NCBI GenBank assembly: GCA_040954595.2
Contig: CM082593.2
Span: 5,411,434 to 5,475,433, forward strand
DNA from: Balanoglossus misakiensis
Lineage: Eukaryota; Animalia; Hemichordata
Length of the DNA stretch: 64,000 nucleotides
Direction: 5' to 3'
Shown piece by piece: positions 60,028 through 64,000 of this stretch (its first letter is position 1; each line of letters opens with the position of its first letter). The notes under the pieces are model-generated. The model saw only the letters and a program-made list of their open reading frames with translations. It made no database searches and was not told the origin of the DNA. The translations under genes were made by a program, and so were the position numbers.

Positions 60028-62500
60028 TGTAGTGTAGTGTAGTGTAGTGTAGTGTAGTGTAGTGTAGTGTAGTGTAGTGTAGTGTAGTCTGGTGTGGTGT
60101 GGTGTGGTGTGGTGTGGTGTGTGTGGTGTGGTGTGGTGTGGTGTGGTGTGGTGTGGTGTGTGTGGTGTGGTGTGTGTGGTGTGGTGTGGTGTGGTGTGGT
60201 GTGGTGTGGTGTGTGTGGTGTGGTGTGGTGTGGTGTGTGTGGTGTGGTGTGTGTGGTGTGGTGTGGTGTGGTGTGGTGTGGTGTGTGTGGTGTGGTGTGT
60301 GTGGTGTGGTGTGGTGTGTGTGGTGTGGTGTGGTGTGGTGTGGTGTGGTGTGGTGTGGTGTGTGTGGTGTGGTGTGGTGTGGTGTGAGTGGTGTGTGTGA
60401 TGTGGTGTGGTGTGGTGTGGTGTGTGTGGTGTGGTGTGTGTGGTGTGGTGTGGTGTGTGTGGTGTGGTGTGGTGTGGTGTGGTGTGGTGTGTGTGGTGTG
60501 GTGTGGTGTGGTGTGGTGTGAGTGGTGTGTGTGATGTGGTGTGGTGTGGTGTGGTGTGTGTGGTGTGGTGTGGTGTGGTGTGGTGTGGTGTGGTGTGGTG
60601 TGGTGTGGTGTGTGTGGTGTGGTGTGGTGTGTGTGGTGTGGTGTGGTGTGGTGTGGTGTGGTGTGTGTGGTGTGGTGTGGTGTGGTGTGGTGTGGTGTGA
60701 GTGGTGTGTGTGATGTGGTGTGGTGTGGTGTGGTGTGTGTGGTGTGGTGTGGTGTGTGTGGTGTGGTGTGTGTGGTGTGGTGTGGTGTGGTGTGGTGTGG
60801 TGTGGTGTGGTGTGGTGTGTGTGGTGTGGTGTGGTGTGTGTGGTGTGGTGTGGTGTGGTGTGGTGTGGTGTGGTGTGTGTGGTGTGGTGTGGTGTGGTGT
60901 GGTGTGTGTGGTGTGGTGTGTGTGGTGTGGTGTGGTGTGGTGTGTGTGGTGTGGTGTGTGTGGTGTGGTGTGGTGTGTGTGGTGTGGTGTGGTGTGGTGT
61001 GGTGTGGTGTGGTGTGGTGTGTGTGGTGTGGTGTGTGTGGTGTGTGTGGTGTGTGTGTGTGGTGTGTGTGGTGTGTGTGGTGTGGTGTGGTGTGGTGTGG
61101 TGTGTGTGGTGTGGTGTGGTGTGTGTGGTGTGGTGTGGTGTGGTGTGGTGTGGTGTGTGTGGTGTGGTGTGTGTGGTGTGGTGTGGTGTGTGTGGTGTGG
61201 TGTGGTGTGGTGTGTGTGGTGTGGTGTGGTGTGGTGTGGTGTGGTGTGTGTGGTATGTGTGGTGTGGTGTGGTGTGTGTGGTGTGTGTGGTGTGGTGTGT
61301 GTGGTGTGGTGTGGTGTGTGTGGTGTGGTGTGTGTGGTGTGGTGTGTGTGGTGTGGTGTGGTGTGGTGTGGTGTGGTGTGGTGTGGTGTGGTGTGGTGTG
61401 GTGTGTGTGGTGTGGTGTGTGTGGTGTGTGTGGTGTGGTGTGTGTGGTGTGGTGTGGTGTGTGTGGTGTGGTGTGGTGTGGTGTGTGTGGTGTGGTGTGG
61501 TGTGAGTGGTGTGTGTGGTGTGGTGTGGTGTGGTGTGGTGTGTGTGGTGTGGTGTGGTGTGTGTGGTGTGGTGTGTGTGGTGTGGTGTGTGTGGTGTGGT
61601 GTGGTGTGGTGTGTGTGGTATGTGTGGTGTGGTGTGTGTGGTGTGGTGTGGTGTGTGTGGTGTGGTTGGTGTGGTGTGGTGTGGTGTGGTGTGGTGTGTG
61701 TGGTGTGGTGTGGTGTGTGTGGTGTGTGAGGTGTGGTGTGTGTGGTGTGGTGTGGTGTGGTGTGTGTGGTGTGGTGTGGTGTGGTGTGTGTGGTGTGGTG
61801 TGGTGTGTGTGGTGTGGTGTGTGTGGTGTGGTGTGGTGTGGTGTGGTGTGTGTGGTGTGGTGTGGTGTGTGTGGTGTGGTGTGGTGTGTGTGGTGTGGTG
61901 TGTGTGGTGTGGTGTGGTGTGGTGTGTGTGGTGTGGTGTGGTGTGGTGTGGTGTGGTGTGGTGTGGTGTGGTGTGGTGTGGTGTGGTGTGGTGTGGTGTG
62001 GTGTGGTGTGGTGTGTGTGGTGTGGTGTGGTGTGGTGTGGTGTGTGTGGTGTGGTGTGGTGTGTGTGGTGTGGTGTGGTGTGTGTGGTGTGGTGTGGTGT
62101 GTGTGGTGTGGTGTGGTGTGGTGTGTGTGGTGTGTGTGGTGTGGTGTGGTGTGTGTGGTGTGGTGTGGTGTGGTGTGGTGTGGTGTGTGTGGTGTGTGTG
62201 GTGTGGTGTGGTGTGGTGTGGTGTGTGTGGTGTGGTGTGTGTGGTGTGGTGTGGTGTGGTGTGGTGTGTGTGGTGTGGTGTGTGTGGTGTGGTGTGGTGT
62301 GGTGTGGTGTGGTGTGGTGTGTGTGGTGTGGTGTGGTGTGGTGTGTGTGGTGTGGTGTGGTGTGGTGTGGTGTGGTGTGGTGTGGTGTGGTGTGTGTGGT
62401 GTGGTGTGTGTTGTGGTGTGTGTGGTGTGGTGTGGTGTGTGTGGTGTGGTGTGGTGTGGTGTGGTGTGGTGTGGTGTGGTGTGTGTGGTGTGGTGTGTGT

Positions 62501-62541
<41 letters not shown>

Positions 62542-64000
62542 TGGTGTGGTGTGGTGTGGTGTGGTGTGTGTGGTGTGGTGTGTGTGGTGTGGTGTGGTGT
62601 GGTGTGGTGTGTGTGGTGTGGTGTGGTGTGTGTGGTGTGGTGTGGTGTGGTGTGTGTGGTGTGGTGTGGTGTGGTGTGGTGTGGTGTGGTGTGGTGTGGT
62701 GTGTGTGGTATGTGTGGTGTGGTGTGGTGTGTGTGGTGTGGTGTGTGTGGTGTGGTGTGGTGTGTGTGGTGTGGTGTGTGTGGTGTGGTGTGTGTGGTGT
62801 GGTGTGGTGTGGTGTGGTGTGGTGTGTGTGGTGTGGTGTGGTGTGTGTGGTGTGGTGTGGTGTGTGTGGTGTGTGTGGTGTGGTGTGTGTGGTGTGGTGT
62901 GGTGTGGTGTGTGTGGTGTGTGTGGTGTGGTGTGGTGTGAGTGGTGTGTGTGGTGTGGTGTGGTGTGGTGTGGTGTGGTGTGTGTGGTGTGTGTGGTGTG
63001 GTGTGTGTGGTGTGGTGTGTGTGGTGTGGTGTGGTGTGGTGTGGTGTGTGTGGTATGTGTGGTGTGGTGTGGTGTGGTGTGGTGTGTGTGGTGTGGTGTG
63101 TGTGGTGTGGTGTGGTGTGGTGTGTGTGGTGTGGTTGGTGTGGTGTGGTGTGGTGTGGTGTGGTGTGGTGTGGTGTGTGTGGTGTGGTGTGGTGTGTGTG
63201 GTGTGTGAGGTGTGGTGTGTGTGGTGTGGTGTGGTGTGTGTGGTGTGGTGTGTGTGGTGTGGTGTGGTGTGGTGTGTGTGGTGTGGTGTGTGTGGTGTGG
63301 TGTGTGTGGTGTGGTGTGGTGTGGTGTGGTGTGTGTGGTGTGGTGTGGTGTGTGTGGTGTGGTGTGGTGTGGTGTGTGTGGTGTGGTGTGGTGTGGTGTG
63401 GTGTGTGTGGTGTGGTGTGTGTGGTGTGGTGTGGTGTGGTGTGGTGTGGTGTGTGTGGTGTGGTGTGTGTGGTGTGGTGTGGTGTGGTGTGTGTGGTGTG
63501 GTGTGGTGTGTGTGGTGTGGTGTGGTGTGTGTGGTGTGGTGTGGTGTGGTGTGTGTGGTGTGGTGTGGTGTGGTGTGTGTGGTGTGGTGTGGTGTGTGTG
63601 GTGTGGTGTGGTGTGGTGTGGTGTGGTGTGTGTGGTGTGTGTGGTGTGGTGTGGTGTGGTGTGTGTGGTGTGGTGTGTGTGGTGTGTGTGGTGTGGTGTG
63701 GTGTGGTGTGTGTGGTGTGGTGTGGTGTGTGTGGTGTGGTGTGGTGTGGTGTGGTGTGGTGTGTGTGGTGTGGTGTGGTGTGGTGTGTGTGGTGTGGTGT
63801 GGTGTGGTGTGGTGTGGTGTGGTGTGGTGTGGTGTGTGTGGTGTGGTGTGTGTTGTGGTGTGGTGTGTGTGGTGTGGTGTGTGTGGTGTGGTGTGTGTGG
63901 TGTGGTGTGGTGTGGTGTGGTGTGGTGTGTGTGGTGTGGTGTGGTGTGGTGTGTGTGGTGTGGTGTGTGTGGTGTGGTGTGGTGTGTGTGGTGTGGTGTG
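60028..64000. repeat. Intronic satellite: (TGTAG)n grading into about 3.9 kb of (GTGTG)n/(GT)n variants, running off the window
   Basis: Direct reading. It generates the spurious V/W/C/G ORFs in the track. Confidence 0.98.

Noticed and set aside
60092-63208. Long V/W/C/G ORFs (up to 799 aa)
   Set aside because: They are translations of the stop-free (GTGTG)n satellite inside a collagen intron.

Overview
Intron-rich animal genomic DNA, with GT-AG splicing and no prokaryotic features. It resembles a marine invertebrate deuterostome, but that is only an inference. I reconstructed five spliced protein-coding genes by hand: (1) a TRESK/TWK-like two-pore-domain K+ channel (-, 2218-4317); (2) a gene the ORF track shows only as unlinked fragments, whose 12-15 small exons encode a four-transmembrane TMEM217/LAPTM-like module spliced in frame to the armadillo region of ELMO (+, 19012 to about 24209); (3) sphingosine-1-phosphate lyase SGPL1 (+, 34835-41501); (4) a divergent forkhead-box gene with an altered recognition helix (+, 44775-47281); (5) the 3' part of a MACIT transmembrane collagen, COL13/23/25-like (-, 52999-59893, continuing past the window). 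There is also a ~420-nt extensively base-paired non-coding element (870-1291) next to a CCAAT/E-box/YY1 promoter-like cluster, a 4-kb (GTGTG)n satellite with higher-order structure, microsatellites and small palindromic/MITE-like elements. The best novelty candidates are the 4TM-ELMO-ARM chimera and the unassigned structured RNA. All family assignments come from recalled motifs, not database searches.
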